Notes: generated by a model from the letters alone, not told the origin. 64,000 bases of DNA from Patescibacteria group bacterium (GCA_038065955.1 JBBTPY010000008.1:4697-68696), one strand, 5' to 3'. Shown: positions 53,150 through 63,853, numbered from the stretch's first letter. Numbers and translations are program-made.

Positions 53150-54904
53150 ATGATAGCAAAGAATTTAAATAAAAGTCAACAAGAGGCCGTGGATTATTCC
53201 GGCGGGCCGCTTTTAATCGTGGCCGGCGCCGGTTCGGGTAAAACAAAAACTTTGACCGGCCGTTTAGCGGCAATTTTAGAATCAGGCGTTTTGCCGAAAA
53301 ATATCATCGCCATTACTTTTACTAATAAAGCGGCCGATGAAATGGCGGATAGGGTTAATAAACTTATAAGTTCGGATTTGCCTTTCATAGGCACCTTTCA
53401 TTCATTGGGGGCGCGGATATTAAAAAGAGAATCCGATTTTTTCGGCCGCGCTTCAAATTTTTCCATTTTTGACGCGGACGATTCTTTGCGATTGATTAAA
53501 ACGATGATTAAAAATTTTAATATTTCGGAAGACAGGCGCGATTTTAATCCGTTGGTTTTAAGAAAAGAATTTTCCCGGATTAAAAGCGAATTAAGGGGCG
53601 CCGATGAAATTGAAATTTTTTTCAATGAATATGAAAATCTTCTTAAAAAAAATAACGCTTTTGATTTTGACGATTTAATTGAAAAACCGGTTAAATTATT
53701 TCAGGAACAGTCGTCTGTTTTGGAAAAATATCAAAATAAATTCCAGCATATTTTAGTTGATGAATTTCAGGACACCAATACGGCTCAATATCAATTTATT
53801 AAGTTGTTGGCGCAAAGACATAATAATTTAAGCGTCGTTGGAGACGACCAGCAGGCGATTTACGGTTTTCGCCACGCCGATTTCAGGATTTTTTTGAATT
53901 TTGAAAAAGATTGGCCGAAAACAAAAACGATTTTTCTTGAACAGAATTACCGTTCAACCGGAAATATTATTAGCGCCGCCAACGCGGTTATCGCCAATAA
54001 TAAATTTCAAAAACCGAAAAATCTTTGGACCAAATGTTCCGAGGGCGAGACGGTTAAAATAATTGAACATCAAGAGGCCGTTTCGGAAGCCGATTGGATC
54101 GCGGAGCGGATTTTTAATTCTCAAATTTCCGAACGGGTTTCGGCGGCGATTTTATACCGCACCAATGCCCAGTCGCGCGCCATTGAGGCCGCCTTGATTG
54201 AGCGCGGCATCGGTTATTTAATTTTTGGCGGCCTTAAATTTTACGAGCGGAAAGAAATTAAAGACATTATCGCCGGTCTTCGCTGGAGTTTTAATAAAAA
54301 CGATTTAATCAGTCTGGAGCGGTTGGAAAAGAATTTCAATAAAAAAACTTTTTCGGCGGTGAAAAAAGAAATATCGGAAATAATCGGGCAAACGCCGCCA
54401 AAAGAATTAATCGGCAGGTTTTTGGAATCAGCGGATTATTTTAATTATTTAAAAAAGAATTATTTAAACGCCGATGAACGCGTTGAAAATATTAAAGAGC
54501 TTATTTATTTTGCTTCCGGTTTTAATGATTTAGGGGAGTTTTTGGAACGGGTGTCGCTTTTTCAGTCAAGCGACGGTTCTTTGGCTAAAGAACTTAAAAA
54601 TACAAATAAGCCATTTGTTAATTTAATGACGATTCACTTGTCAAAAGGTTTGGAATTTGACGAAGTTTATATTGTCGGCGCGAATGAGGGGCTTTTGCCG
54701 CACGAGCGGGCGTACGCGAGCGAAGCGGGGATAGAAGAAGAGCGGCGCCTGATGTATGTGGCGATGACGCGGGCTAAAAAGCGGCTTTATTTAAATTTTT
54801 ACCATTTACCTTCAAGATTTCTTTCAGAAATTTCTTCGAAGTTTGTTGAATTTATCGGCGGACGAGCATTAGATAATGAAGAGCGATATATATCAATTGA
54901 TTAA
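53150..54904 (+). CDS. pcrA: UvrD/PcrA helicase
   Basis: AGAGSGKT, VDEFQD, QNYRS, EEERRLMYVAMTRA. Confidence 0.93.
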   Translation: MIAKNLNKSQQEAVDYSGGPLLIVAGAGSGKTKTLTGRLAAILESGVLPKNIIAITFTNKAADEMADRVNKLISSDLPFIGTFHSLGARILKRESDFFGRASNFSIFDADDSLRLIKTMIKNFNISEDRRDFNPLVLRKEFSRIKSELRGADEIEIFFNEYENLLKKNNAFDFDDLIEKPVKLFQEQSSVLEKYQNKFQHILVDEFQDTNTAQYQFIKLLAQRHNNLSVVGDDQQAIYGFRHADFRIFLNFEKDWPKTKTIFLEQNYRSTGNIISAANAVIANNKFQKPKNLWTKCSEGETVKIIEHQEAVSEADWIAERIFNSQISERVSAAILYRTNAQSRAIEAALIERGIGYLIFGGLKFYERKEIKDIIAGLRWSFNKNDLISLERLEKNFNKKTFSAVKKEISEIIGQTPPKELIGRFLESADYFNYLKKNYLNADERVENIKELIYFASGFNDLGEFLERVSLFQSSDGSLAKELKNTNKPFVNLMTIHLSKGLEFDEVYIVGANEGLLPHERAYASEAGIEEERRLMYVAMTRAKKRLYLNFYHLPSRFLSEISSKFVEFIGGRALDNEERYISID

Positions 54905-54910
54905 CGGATT

Positions 54911-55759
54911 ATGGCTAAATTAGGACAGCATTTTTTAAAAAATAAAACGAAATTAAGAAAAATCGTTGAGGCGCTGGAATTAAAAGACGGCGATGTTGTG
55001 ATTGAAATCGGGCCCGGGCACGGGGAGCTGACGGACGAATTAAGAAGCGCAAATCATAAATTAAAGATTATCGCCATAGAAAAAGACGAAGAATTGGCGG
55101 AATCTTTAAAAGAAAAGTTTAAAAATAATAAAAATATAAAAATTATTGAAGGCGACGCGTTGAAATTGCTGCCGCAATTGACCGACGACCAACGACTAAC
55201 GATTTACGACAAACGATTAACGACTGACAACTATAAAATTGCCGGCAATATTCCTTATTATATCACCGGATATTTATTCCGGATTTTGGGAGAATTGGAA
55301 AATAAGCCGTCTTTGATTGTTTTATTGATTCAAAAAGAAGTGGCGGAGCGCGTTTGCGCCAGACCGCCGAAGATGAGCTTGCTTGCCGCCAGCGTTCAGT
55401 TTTGGGCGGAGCCGAAAATCATAAGCAATGTTTCAAAAAAAGATTTTAGGCCGGCGCCGAAAGTTGATTCGGCGATAATCAAATTATCGCCGACGCGGAA
55501 ATACGCGGAACAAAACGCGGAAAAACGCGGAAAATATTATTCCTTAGTTAAAATTCTTTTTAAGCAGCCGAGAAAGACGATAGTTAATAATTTGGTATTA
55601 AGTATTAAGTATCAAGTATCAGGCGTAAATAAAAAAGAAAAAATTATTGAAAAATTACGGGAAATCGGCATTGAGCCGAACGCGCGGCCGCAGGATTTAA
55701 GCGTTGAGGAGATTGTAAAATTAATTAAATTAATTAAGGGAAGTCACGAATTAATTTAA
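54911..55759 (+). CDS. rsmA: 16S rRNA dimethyladenosine transferase
   Basis: LGQHFL, EIGPG, GNIPYYIT, PAPKVDS. Confidence 0.95.
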   Translation: MAKLGQHFLKNKTKLRKIVEALELKDGDVVIEIGPGHGELTDELRSANHKLKIIAIEKDEELAESLKEKFKNNKNIKIIEGDALKLLPQLTDDQRLTIYDKRLTTDNYKIAGNIPYYITGYLFRILGELENKPSLIVLLIQKEVAERVCARPPKMSLLAASVQFWAEPKIISNVSKKDFRPAPKVDSAIIKLSPTRKYAEQNAEKRGKYYSLVKILFKQPRKTIVNNLVLSIKYQVSGVNKKEKIIEKLREIGIEPNARPQDLSVEEIVKLIKLIKGSHELI

Positions 55760-57380
55760 TAGTTTTTTCATTGCTTTTACCATTTTGGTTTTTTATATAA
55801 ATATTAAGATCCATTTTTGTAAATTTAGATGGATCAATTTTAATATTTACTTTTAATCTTAATTCTAATCTCGCATCACTATCAGAATCGAGCGTTTTAA
55901 TAATTTCATCGTGGTTTCCATTATTATCGCTCCATTTTGCATGAACTTCATTATCGTGTGGAGCAAAACCAGACCCTTTAATTTTAATCATTAAGAATCC
56001 CATTATAACTTCTACTATACCAGATTGACCAGGTTGAAGAGAATCAATTTTCGGAGCCTCTTGCGCGGGTATATCTGTCGATGAAGTTGAAGTTGAAGTT
56101 GATAAAGATGGGAGTACAGCTATTGAATCTGATTTAAAAATATTATTATTGCCGCGGCATTGGATAGTGTAAAGTTTATAATCGCGAGAATTGATAATTT
56201 CCGTTAATTCTTGCCCCGATGTTTGTTTTTGTCCGGACCATGCGCCGGAAGCCATACATGATACTGTGCTAGTTGATATCCATGAAAGTGTGGCGGTTGA
56301 GCCCGCGGGAACGGAAACGCTTGGCCCGTCAGAGCTATTGGCTTTTAAATTGACGGAAACAGTGGAAGAGGCGGCGGGAGCGGTAGTCGTGGTATTGCCG
56401 GAGCCGTTTTTAGAACCGCCGGAAGCAATACCTGACGCTCTTTCCAAATAAGCGGCGGCGAGCCAGCCGATTTGTCCGGTGTTTATCACTTGGATTTTTC
56501 GCATTTGGAATTTTTTGCCTCCGATCACGCAATATTTTATTTCCGAGCTGATGATTTTCAATAAAGTTCCGGCGGAGACGATTCCGATTTCGCGGCATTT
56601 TTCGTCTCTTAAATTAATAGTGGCCGTAGTTCTGACGAGTTCGTTGACTTCAAAATTAATCCCTGATATCAGCCGTGGTTCGGACGGCGAACCGGATGAA
56701 GACGGCAAAGACGAATGCGCCATGATTTCAAATCCGTAAAGTTCGTTCAGTTTGCTTATTGTTTTTTGTTCGGCGCAGCCGGTTTGTTCAATGTCATACG
56801 CCTCCTGAAATTTTTTAAGAGCTGTTGATGTTTCGTCGTTAAAATCGCCGGTAATTTTATCGGCAGAATCAAAAAATTCTTCAAGAAAAAGAACAGTTTG
56901 GAGAGCTATGATATCGGAGTCGTTTTTTGCGTTAAGGCAGAAGTTTTTCCCCCAGTTATAGGCGAAATCTTTGAAAAAATCTCTAGTGATTGTCGCTCTG
57001 GCTTCCGGCGGGATGGTGTTTTCGTCGATGCGGACGCCTACAGAAGATAAAGCGGACTCATTTTTATCGTTGACGCATTTAATTTGGTAATTTTTCGCCG
57101 CTTCAATGTTTTCGGTTGTTTGAAAACCGGAGGCTGGCAGGATGCCGGACCAATCGCCGGAAGCGTAACAGCGGATAGCGTTATTTGATTCCCAATTTAA
57201 ATTAACAATAGAGCCGTAAGAAACGAGCGCTGTGTTTATGGTATCATTGGCCTTAATAACAGTGGAAATAGCGTTTGGTTCAATTGCCGGTTTATAAAAA
57301 ATTTTTAACGCCACGGCTGTCCCGCCGATGAGACTGATTATAGTTACAGAAACTAAAGCGATTATTTTTATATGCAACAT
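55734..57380 (-). CDS. Surface protein: TM, two Ig-like repeats, peptidoglycan-binding and SH3-like domains, S/T linkers
   Basis: CYASGDWSG / CMASGAWSG repeats; TSTALKKFQ PG-binding motif; GWLAAAYL. Confidence 0.7.
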   Translation of the reverse strand: MLHIKIIALVSVTIISLIGGTAVALKIFYKPAIEPNAISTVIKANDTINTALVSYGSIVNLNWESNNAIRCYASGDWSGILPASGFQTTENIEAAKNYQIKCVNDKNESALSSVGVRIDENTIPPEARATITRDFFKDFAYNWGKNFCLNAKNDSDIIALQTVLFLEEFFDSADKITGDFNDETSTALKKFQEAYDIEQTGCAEQKTISKLNELYGFEIMAHSSLPSSSGSPSEPRLISGINFEVNELVRTTATINLRDEKCREIGIVSAGTLLKIISSEIKYCVIGGKKFQMRKIQVINTGQIGWLAAAYLERASGIASGGSKNGSGNTTTTAPAASSTVSVNLKANSSDGPSVSVPAGSTATLSWISTSTVSCMASGAWSGQKQTSGQELTEIINSRDYKLYTIQCRGNNNIFKSDSIAVLPSLSTSTSTSSTDIPAQEAPKIDSLQPGQSGIVEVIMGFLMIKIKGSGFAPHDNEVHAKWSDNNGNHDEIIKTLDSDSDARLELRLKVNIKIDPSKFTKMDLNIYIKNQNGKSNEKTIKLIRDFP

Positions 57381-57489
57381 AATTCCTATATGTCTATATT
57401 AGACTTTTCCCCTTCACATAATTATATAATATAATATAATAAATTATAATAGGCGCGCAAGAAGTAAGAAGTCGGCGTAATTTTAAAAT

Positions 57490-58365
57490 ATGGGTTTTAT
57501 AAAAATAGCCGCGGCAATTTTAATTTTTAGTTCGGGCCTGATAGGTTCTTATTTCATTGTTAATAATTCCGGTCCGGTTGCGCCAACAGCCGGTTTTGGC
57601 GATGAAAAATTAAGCAACGCGTTAAATGATTTGAAAAACGCCGGAGATTTATTAGTCGGTAAAAATCCAATTCAATGGTCAAAAGAATCTTCTGATAAAC
57701 CTGCGTCCGTATTGAACGCATTGAATTCGCCTTTAGCGTTAAATTCAACATCAAGCGACGGCAAGGACGGCAATCTTACCAAATTAGTGGCGGGTTCAAT
57801 ATTTTCCGGAATGCGGCAAATGGACGAGGGAAACAAAAACCCTTCAGAGTATTTTAATCCTTCCAATCCGTCAGACCCGAACAGTAAAAAAGCGGTGGAG
57901 GTGGCATTAAGCGGCCTTAAAAACCCTCTTTCATTTTTGGATATTTCAATAAGCGACGGCGATTTGAAAATTTCATCGGATAATTCCAGAGAATTTAAAA
58001 TTAATTATTTAAAATCAACGGCGGATATTATTACGAACAATTCCAATGAGTTTTTTGACAATCCCATTAAAGCGCTTGAAAAATTGATGTACGGCGACGC
58101 TTTCGCGCTCAATAAAGTAATTAATTCTTACTCCGAAATTTATAAAGGATTTTTGAATACGCCGGCGCCGCGGGATTGGCTTAGTCTTCATAAACGGTAT
58201 TTAGAGGTGTTGAAAAAAACTGAGCTTGTTTATCGCGGTATGGCCGATTTTCAGAATGACCCGATAAAAGCGTCTTTGCTCGGCGAGGCGCTTCCTCAAA
58301 TGGTTAAAGCGGAAGCGAAAATCAGGGAAGAATATTATCAAAAAGAAATAGAGTTTAGGAATTAG
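57490..58365 (+). CDS. Membrane-anchored hypothetical protein of T4SS-like cluster
   Basis: N-terminal TM; DPIKA motif; abuts next gene. Confidence 0.55.
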   Translation: MGFIKIAAAILIFSSGLIGSYFIVNNSGPVAPTAGFGDEKLSNALNDLKNAGDLLVGKNPIQWSKESSDKPASVLNALNSPLALNSTSSDGKDGNLTKLVAGSIFSGMRQMDEGNKNPSEYFNPSNPSDPNSKKAVEVALSGLKNPLSFLDISISDGDLKISSDNSREFKINYLKSTADIITNNSNEFFDNPIKALEKLMYGDAFALNKVINSYSEIYKGFLNTPAPRDWLSLHKRYLEVLKKTELVYRGMADFQNDPIKASLLGEALPQMVKAEAKIREEYYQKEIEFRN

Positions 58366-59823
58366 ATGAATTTTTTCAAAAAAACAATATTATTTTTCAT
58401 CGTTTTTCTGCTTGTTTTTAATTCTTCGGGATTTTTGAAATCTGGGTTTTTGAAATTTATTCCTCCTAAGGCGGAAGCCGTGTGGTGGTCCACTTTATTT
58501 CAACAACTTGGAGATTACGCTCTGCAAATTTGGGAATGGATAAAAACAAATTGGCAAAAATTAATGCGCGACATTATCGCCAAGCGGCTTATTGATTATA
58601 TCGTTGACGAGACGGTTAAATGGATTAGCGGCGGCGGCGAGCCCAAATTTGTGAGTAATTGGCAGGGTTTTCTTGATGACGCCGGCAAAATCGCCCAAGA
58701 TTCTATTATCAAAGAAGTGGGACTTGCGTCTTTATGTCAACCTTTTAAACTACAGGTTCAAATCGGTCTTTTGCCGGTTAAGAAATTTTCAAAAAGGATT
58801 GAATGTACGCTTGACGATATCGTGGGGAATATTGAAAATTTTTACGCCGATTTTTCGCAGGGCGGCTGGATTGCTTATGGCGCGATGTGGGAACCGCAAA
58901 ATAATTTTTTCGGCGCGTCTATTATCGCTCACGATGAAATGTTGATAAGGATGGCGAAAGAAGCGGAATCAAGAAAAAACGAAGCGATAAGCAGTGGCGG
59001 GTTCTTGAGTAGTAGGACTTGTCAGGGATATGCGTATGTCAGTAAAGAAAATTGCGAAAGCGCTCCGGATAATCACGGAAAAAATTGCGTCAGTGTTAGC
59101 GATGACGGTGAAACACGATGGTGCGCCGCTAATGAAGCAAAGATTAATACGCCCGGCAGCACCATTGGCGCGGCGGTGGCTGCAGGGGTTACTTCAGACA
59201 TAACTTGGGGCGCGAATATTGAATCATGGGTGTCGGCGCTCGTAAACGCCGCGATTAACCGCTTAATAAAAGAAGGTATATCGGAATTAAATAATTCTGA
59301 TAATCCTGAATATTCAGGGAGTTCTCATTATCCTCCGGAATACGCTCCCGTAAGGGACGGCGAAATCGGGGCGAATAATCAAACGATGATAGATGAAATA
59401 AACGGCATCGCGAACGGCTGGCGCCAGCTTATTAATTTCAAGCAAGCGTCGTTTGATTCTGCCAGCTCAACACTTGCAATTTATTTAGAATTACAGCAAA
59501 GAGGATGTTCTGTTTCTCAAGAAGAAATTAACGGCGCCCAGGGAGAAGCCGATAGATTGGCCGCCGAAGTTGCCGCTTTGTCTTCAAAGATTGCCGAAGC
59601 CGACAGCGCCATAGCTCAAATTATTCAGGGTGGAACAAGCGGACAAACAGCTTACTTTAATTTTATGAATAAATACAACAATGGCGCGACGCGTTTAGAA
59701 ATTGACCCTGATAATATAGGGGTAGCTTCGGATGAAATGAATCAAAAAGCGACGGAAGAGGCCAATGCTCAAATAAGACTTAATTCCTGTCAACCTCCGG
59801 TAAACGCCACTTCAACACTGTAA
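58366..59823 (+). CDS. Exported hypothetical protein of T4SS-like cluster
   Basis: Signal ending KAEA; FSQGGW, GFLS, TPGS motifs; coiled coil. Confidence 0.6.
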   Translation: MNFFKKTILFFIVFLLVFNSSGFLKSGFLKFIPPKAEAVWWSTLFQQLGDYALQIWEWIKTNWQKLMRDIIAKRLIDYIVDETVKWISGGGEPKFVSNWQGFLDDAGKIAQDSIIKEVGLASLCQPFKLQVQIGLLPVKKFSKRIECTLDDIVGNIENFYADFSQGGWIAYGAMWEPQNNFFGASIIAHDEMLIRMAKEAESRKNEAISSGGFLSSRTCQGYAYVSKENCESAPDNHGKNCVSVSDDGETRWCAANEAKINTPGSTIGAAVAAGVTSDITWGANIESWVSALVNAAINRLIKEGISELNNSDNPEYSGSSHYPPEYAPVRDGEIGANNQTMIDEINGIANGWRQLINFKQASFDSASSTLAIYLELQQRGCSVSQEEINGAQGEADRLAAEVAALSSKIAEADSAIAQIIQGGTSGQTAYFNFMNKYNNGATRLEIDPDNIGVASDEMNQKATEEANAQIRLNSCQPPVNATSTL

Positions 59824-59827
59824 TTTT

Positions 59828-61819
59828 ATGAAAAATTTGAGAAGTAAAAAATTTTATTTTAGGGCGATATTTATTTTATTGGCAGTTTCGGCGATTTGGC
59901 TGGTAATGCCGGTTTTTTCTTATGCCATGGGCCATGCAGAATATGAAGAATTCGCCGCCGATGCCGAAAGTACAACTAATCAAGTGGGGATTGTGGCTTA
60001 TATTATTGGTAGTATTTTAGGAGCGTTTTTGTCATTATTCGCATATCTTCTTGATTGGGTAATACAATTTAGTAATGAAATTATATATTTAAATGCCGTT
60101 CAAAATGGTTGGCAAATCGTTTTGAGTTTTGCCAATCTTGGTTTTGTTTTAGCAATTATTGTTATTGCTTTTGCCACGATTTTAAGATTGGAAACTTACG
60201 CGATGAAGAAGACGCTTTGGAAGCTGATTGTGGCGGCTTTATTGGTTAATTTCAGTATGGTGATTGCCGGCGGAATTATTTCTGTTTCTAAAATAGCAAC
60301 AGATATTTTTCTCGGGCAGATGACTTTTGAAAATTTTAGCGATTCTTTGGCGCAATCAATGAATGTTAGCGCTTGGGGAGAGACAAAAGATGTTGGCGCT
60401 TATGATCTTATAACTGGCGGCTTCAGTTATCTTCTTAAGTGGTTTGCCAGTATTATATTCGTAATTATTTTCACATTTTTAACGATTTTTGCTATGGCCG
60501 GTTTATTTGTAATGTTTTTAATCAGAGCCGCGGCCTTAATTTTTCTTCTTATTTTATCTCCTTTGGCTTGGCTGGCATGGATTCTGCCGTCTACAGAAAA
60601 ACATTGGAAAACTTGGTGGGAAGAGTTTATCCGCTGGAATATTTTCGCGCCCGCGAGTCTATTTTTCGTTTATTTGGCGATGGAAATGTCAAAAAATCTG
60701 AAAGATTCAACGAGTTTAAATATTGTTTCGTCTAATAAAGCGGCAGAAGCGTTAGGAGAAACAATTCTTTTATCAAACAGTTTTATTAATTATTTAGCTC
60801 AACTATTTGTTGTTTTGGCAATGTTGTTTGGCGGGTTATATGTGGCGAATAAATTAGGCGTTGCCGGTGGAGGTTTGGCTTACGGCTGGGCGCAGGGAGC
60901 GGGCAAGTGGGCAGGCGGAGCGGTGAAGAGAAGGAGCTTAAAAACAGGATTTGGCATTACAGAATCAATAAATCGTTGGAGACAGCGAAGGCAGGGCATT
61001 AAGCCCGGCGAAGAAAAAAGCATTGCCGAAAGAACATCTACATGGGCCGCTAAAAATCCGCGTTTGGCCAAATGGGCGGGGATTGGTCTTGCGGCTCAAG
61101 GAGTGGCGAAGTTGTCCGCCGCCGCCGGCGAAAATTTAGTGAAAGAATCTAAGAAAAAGGCGAGCGAAAGAAGTTTTAATGAAAATATCGCCAAACTTAG
61201 TTACGCGAATAAGACTGACAGGGCGGGCATTCTTTCTCATTTACAAGAAAAAGATTTATTGGATAAGACGCCCGATGCTTCCAAATATATTGATAAAAAA
61301 TATAAAAATGAATTTGCAAGCATTGGCCAGAGCGTGGTTTATGATAAAATACAGAAATCTTTGGGTATGGATGTGGATATGAAAATGGCGATTGACAATG
61401 ATGACCCCGCGGCGTTTGATGTGGCAGCCGAGAAATTCTTCAGAAGACTTTCAAAAGAAGAGCGCAAAAAACTTCCTTACGATGAAATTTACGGGAGAAA
61501 ACCGCCTTTCGGACTTAATGAGAAAAAGCACAAATTATTTATGGATGGATTTACAAAATCTTTTCTTATGGCTGAACCCGGAAACGCAAGAAATATAATT
61601 ATGGGCGTTAAATCAAAAGATTTAGACACAGCTGAAATGTCTATTAGAATGGCAGCGTCTGAGATTGGAAAAATTAATCCTGAATTATCGGCGAAGATAA
61701 AAGAATCGATAGAACATAGTTTGGGAAAACGAATACTTGGTTGGGAAGAAGAGACGGCGGAAGTAAAAAAAGAAATTAAAGAAACAAAAGAAGAAGTTAA
61801 AAAAGAAAAATCTAAATAA
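59828..61819 (+). CDS. VirB6/TrbL-like polytopic membrane protein
   Basis: LIVAALLVNFS, LILSPLAWLAWILP...WW; long cytoplasmic tail; upstream of prgI-like gene. Confidence 0.65.
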   Translation: MKNLRSKKFYFRAIFILLAVSAIWLVMPVFSYAMGHAEYEEFAADAESTTNQVGIVAYIIGSILGAFLSLFAYLLDWVIQFSNEIIYLNAVQNGWQIVLSFANLGFVLAIIVIAFATILRLETYAMKKTLWKLIVAALLVNFSMVIAGGIISVSKIATDIFLGQMTFENFSDSLAQSMNVSAWGETKDVGAYDLITGGFSYLLKWFASIIFVIIFTFLTIFAMAGLFVMFLIRAAALIFLLILSPLAWLAWILPSTEKHWKTWWEEFIRWNIFAPASLFFVYLAMEMSKNLKDSTSLNIVSSNKAAEALGETILLSNSFINYLAQLFVVLAMLFGGLYVANKLGVAGGGLAYGWAQGAGKWAGGAVKRRSLKTGFGITESINRWRQRRQGIKPGEEKSIAERTSTWAAKNPRLAKWAGIGLAAQGVAKLSAAAGENLVKESKKKASERSFNENIAKLSYANKTDRAGILSHLQEKDLLDKTPDASKYIDKKYKNEFASIGQSVVYDKIQKSLGMDVDMKMAIDNDDPAAFDVAAEKFFRRLSKEERKKLPYDEIYGRKPPFGLNEKKHKLFMDGFTKSFLMAEPGNARNIIMGVKSKDLDTAEMSIRMAASEIGKINPELSAKIKESIEHSLGKRILGWEEETAEVKKEIKETKEEVKKEKSK

Positions 61820-61824
61820 TAAAT

Positions 61825-62895
61825 ATGTTTCAAATTGCCAGACAACAAGCGTTAATGAGATGGGATAGTCTTCCAATAATTTTGCGAGAAGCATTGTTTT
61901 CCGAATACAACGCCAATATTTTGTGGAAGATTTGCGAGGGACAGCATTTATCGGAAGACAAGATTTCTAAGGTCGCCACGCTTGCCGGCGACGTGATTAT
62001 GGGTTTTATGCATCCCGAGGATTTGGCCAAAGAAATTAAAGAAGCGCTTGGCATTAATATTGAAATCGCCAATTCTATTTTCGCTGAAATTAACCGTAAA
62101 ATTTTTATGCCGCTCAGGGGAGAGATTGATAAAGTTTATTCGTCCGCCGGGGCATTAACGGAGGAAAAATTAGCGGAAGAAATCGCGCTTGCGGTGAGCG
62201 AAGCCGAATTGCCGCCGGTTGAAATTTCCGAAGAGCATATCGTTGATTTGCGGACATTAAAGCGGGAAGAGGCGGCAGTAAAAGAAAATGTTAAATCGGA
62301 AGAAAAAGAAATTTTGACGCCGTCTGCGGTGAATCAAGCCGAACCAATAATTATTCATAAAGAAGAAAGCGCAAGGCCGATTTTAGGGGCCAAGCGGTCT
62401 TTGGGCGGTTTATTCGGATTTTTAAGAGGAGAAAAAGAAGCGGAGCCAAAAGCCGTGGAAGCGAAAATAGAAATCGGCCGGACGGCGGAGGAGATGTCAA
62501 AAGAAATTCCGGAACCGCCAAAATTAAAAGTGGTTCATTACAGCGAATTTAAGACGCCGGTAGCTGACTCACTATCTAAGACTGACGATAAACGAGAAGA
62601 GTTGCCGGTTCCGGTTTCGCCAAAGCCGATATCTTCGGTTTTGCCAAAAACCGCTTTGGATATTTTAGAGATTGAACCGCCAGTTGAATCCCCGGCTCAG
62701 GTTGCGGCTAAGGTTTTTGAAAAAGCGCCGGAAAAGGCGCCGGAAACGCCCTTACTTCCGCCAAAACCGCCGATTCCGCCAAAGCCGCCGGTTCCCCCGC
62801 AAGAGCCGAAATTTGAAATAAAAAAAGGCGAAGAAGTGATTGATTTGAGAACGATGCAAAAGATATCAAATATTAAAAATCAAAATGCAAAATGA
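61825..62895 (+). CDS. Hypothetical protein with Glu/Pro-rich disordered C-terminus
   Basis: Helical N-domain; repeated IVDLRT/VIDLRT and PPKPP motifs. Confidence 0.6.
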   Translation: MFQIARQQALMRWDSLPIILREALFSEYNANILWKICEGQHLSEDKISKVATLAGDVIMGFMHPEDLAKEIKEALGINIEIANSIFAEINRKIFMPLRGEIDKVYSSAGALTEEKLAEEIALAVSEAELPPVEISEEHIVDLRTLKREEAAVKENVKSEEKEILTPSAVNQAEPIIIHKEESARPILGAKRSLGGLFGFLRGEKEAEPKAVEAKIEIGRTAEEMSKEIPEPPKLKVVHYSEFKTPVADSLSKTDDKREELPVPVSPKPISSVLPKTALDILEIEPPVESPAQVAAKVFEKAPEKAPETPLLPPKPPIPPKPPVPPQEPKFEIKKGEEVIDLRTMQKISNIKNQNAK

Positions 62896-63256
62896 CAATG
62901 TAAAGTTTAAAAATGATTTTAAAAAAAGATTATATAATTGGGTTTTGAAATTAATTAAATTTATTGACAATCTCCCCAAAGATTCTGTTTGCGGCGTTAT
63001 GGGGAAACAACTTTTAAGAAGCGGCACGAGCATTTTGGCAAATTATATTGAAGCTAATTCAGCGAGCTCCAAAAAAGATTTTATTAATTTCTTTACTCAT
63101 TCTTTAAAATCATCCAATGAATCTAAGGTTTGGCTCTCCCTATTAAAAGACACCAACAAGGGCAATCAAAATGAGTTAAAATGGTTACTGGGCGAATTGA
63201 TTGAAATATCCAATATTTTGGCTTCCAGTATTATTACTTTAAAAGGTAAAAAATGA
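62885..63256 (+). CDS. Four helix bundle protein (IVS-protein / TIGR02436-like)
   Basis: QLLRSGTSILANYIEA...SKKDF...SLKSSNESKVWL. Confidence 0.9.
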   Translation: MQNDNVKFKNDFKKRLYNWVLKLIKFIDNLPKDSVCGVMGKQLLRSGTSILANYIEANSASSKKDFINFFTHSLKSSNESKVWLSLLKDTNKGNQNELKWLLGELIEISNILASSIITLKGKK

Positions 63257-63320
63257 TTTTAGAATTTTGAATTTTGATTTGTCATTTTGATTTTTGATAT
63301 TTACAGTTTAAATTTTGTTC

Positions 63321-63839
63321 ATGCAATTTCAAGTCCCTCAATTTATTGACATTGAAAGCAAAATCGTCGGGCCTCTGACTTTGAGGCAGTTTTTGTATTT
63401 GGCGGCGGCCGGCGGGGTTGCCTTTCTGACTTTTTGGATTTTTCAGATATGGCTTTGGTTTATTGTTTCGGCGATTTCAGCGGCCATAGCCCTTGCTTTG
63501 GCTTTCGTCAAATATAATGGCCAGCCTTTGGTTAAAATTATTTTTTACGCCTTCGGTTTTTTTTGGAATCCGCGGCTTTACATTTGGCAAAGGATGGCCG
63601 AGGAACGGGCGCTGGAGATTTCTTCCGTTGAAGCCAAAAGAAACAATCTTAGCCGGTATTTCAGCGAAATGCCATCCGTTAAAAAACTCTGGCAGGATTT
63701 GATTACCACGAAATCGCCGATTCCCAAAAGAGAAAAGCCGCGCTTCGCTAATTGGGGGAGGCCGGCGAAAGAAAATCTGGCGATTTTCAAAAAACTGACC
63801 GGAGAAAAAGAAATTGCCAGAAGAATTGATTATAGGTAA
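63321..63839 (+). CDS. PrgI family protein
   Basis: QFQVPQFIDIESKIVGPLTLRQF signature, two TM helices. Confidence 0.85.
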   Translation: MQFQVPQFIDIESKIVGPLTLRQFLYLAAAGGVAFLTFWIFQIWLWFIVSAISAAIALALAFVKYNGQPLVKIIFYAFGFFWNPRLYIWQRMAEERALEISSVEAKRNNLSRYFSEMPSVKKLWQDLITTKSPIPKREKPRFANWGRPAKENLAIFKKLTGEKEIARRIDYR

Positions 63840-63853
63840 AATATATTATATTT

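Noticed and set aside
62885-63256. Diversity-generating retroelement (Avd-like gene)
   Set aside because: No reverse transcriptase or TR/VR pair seen in the window
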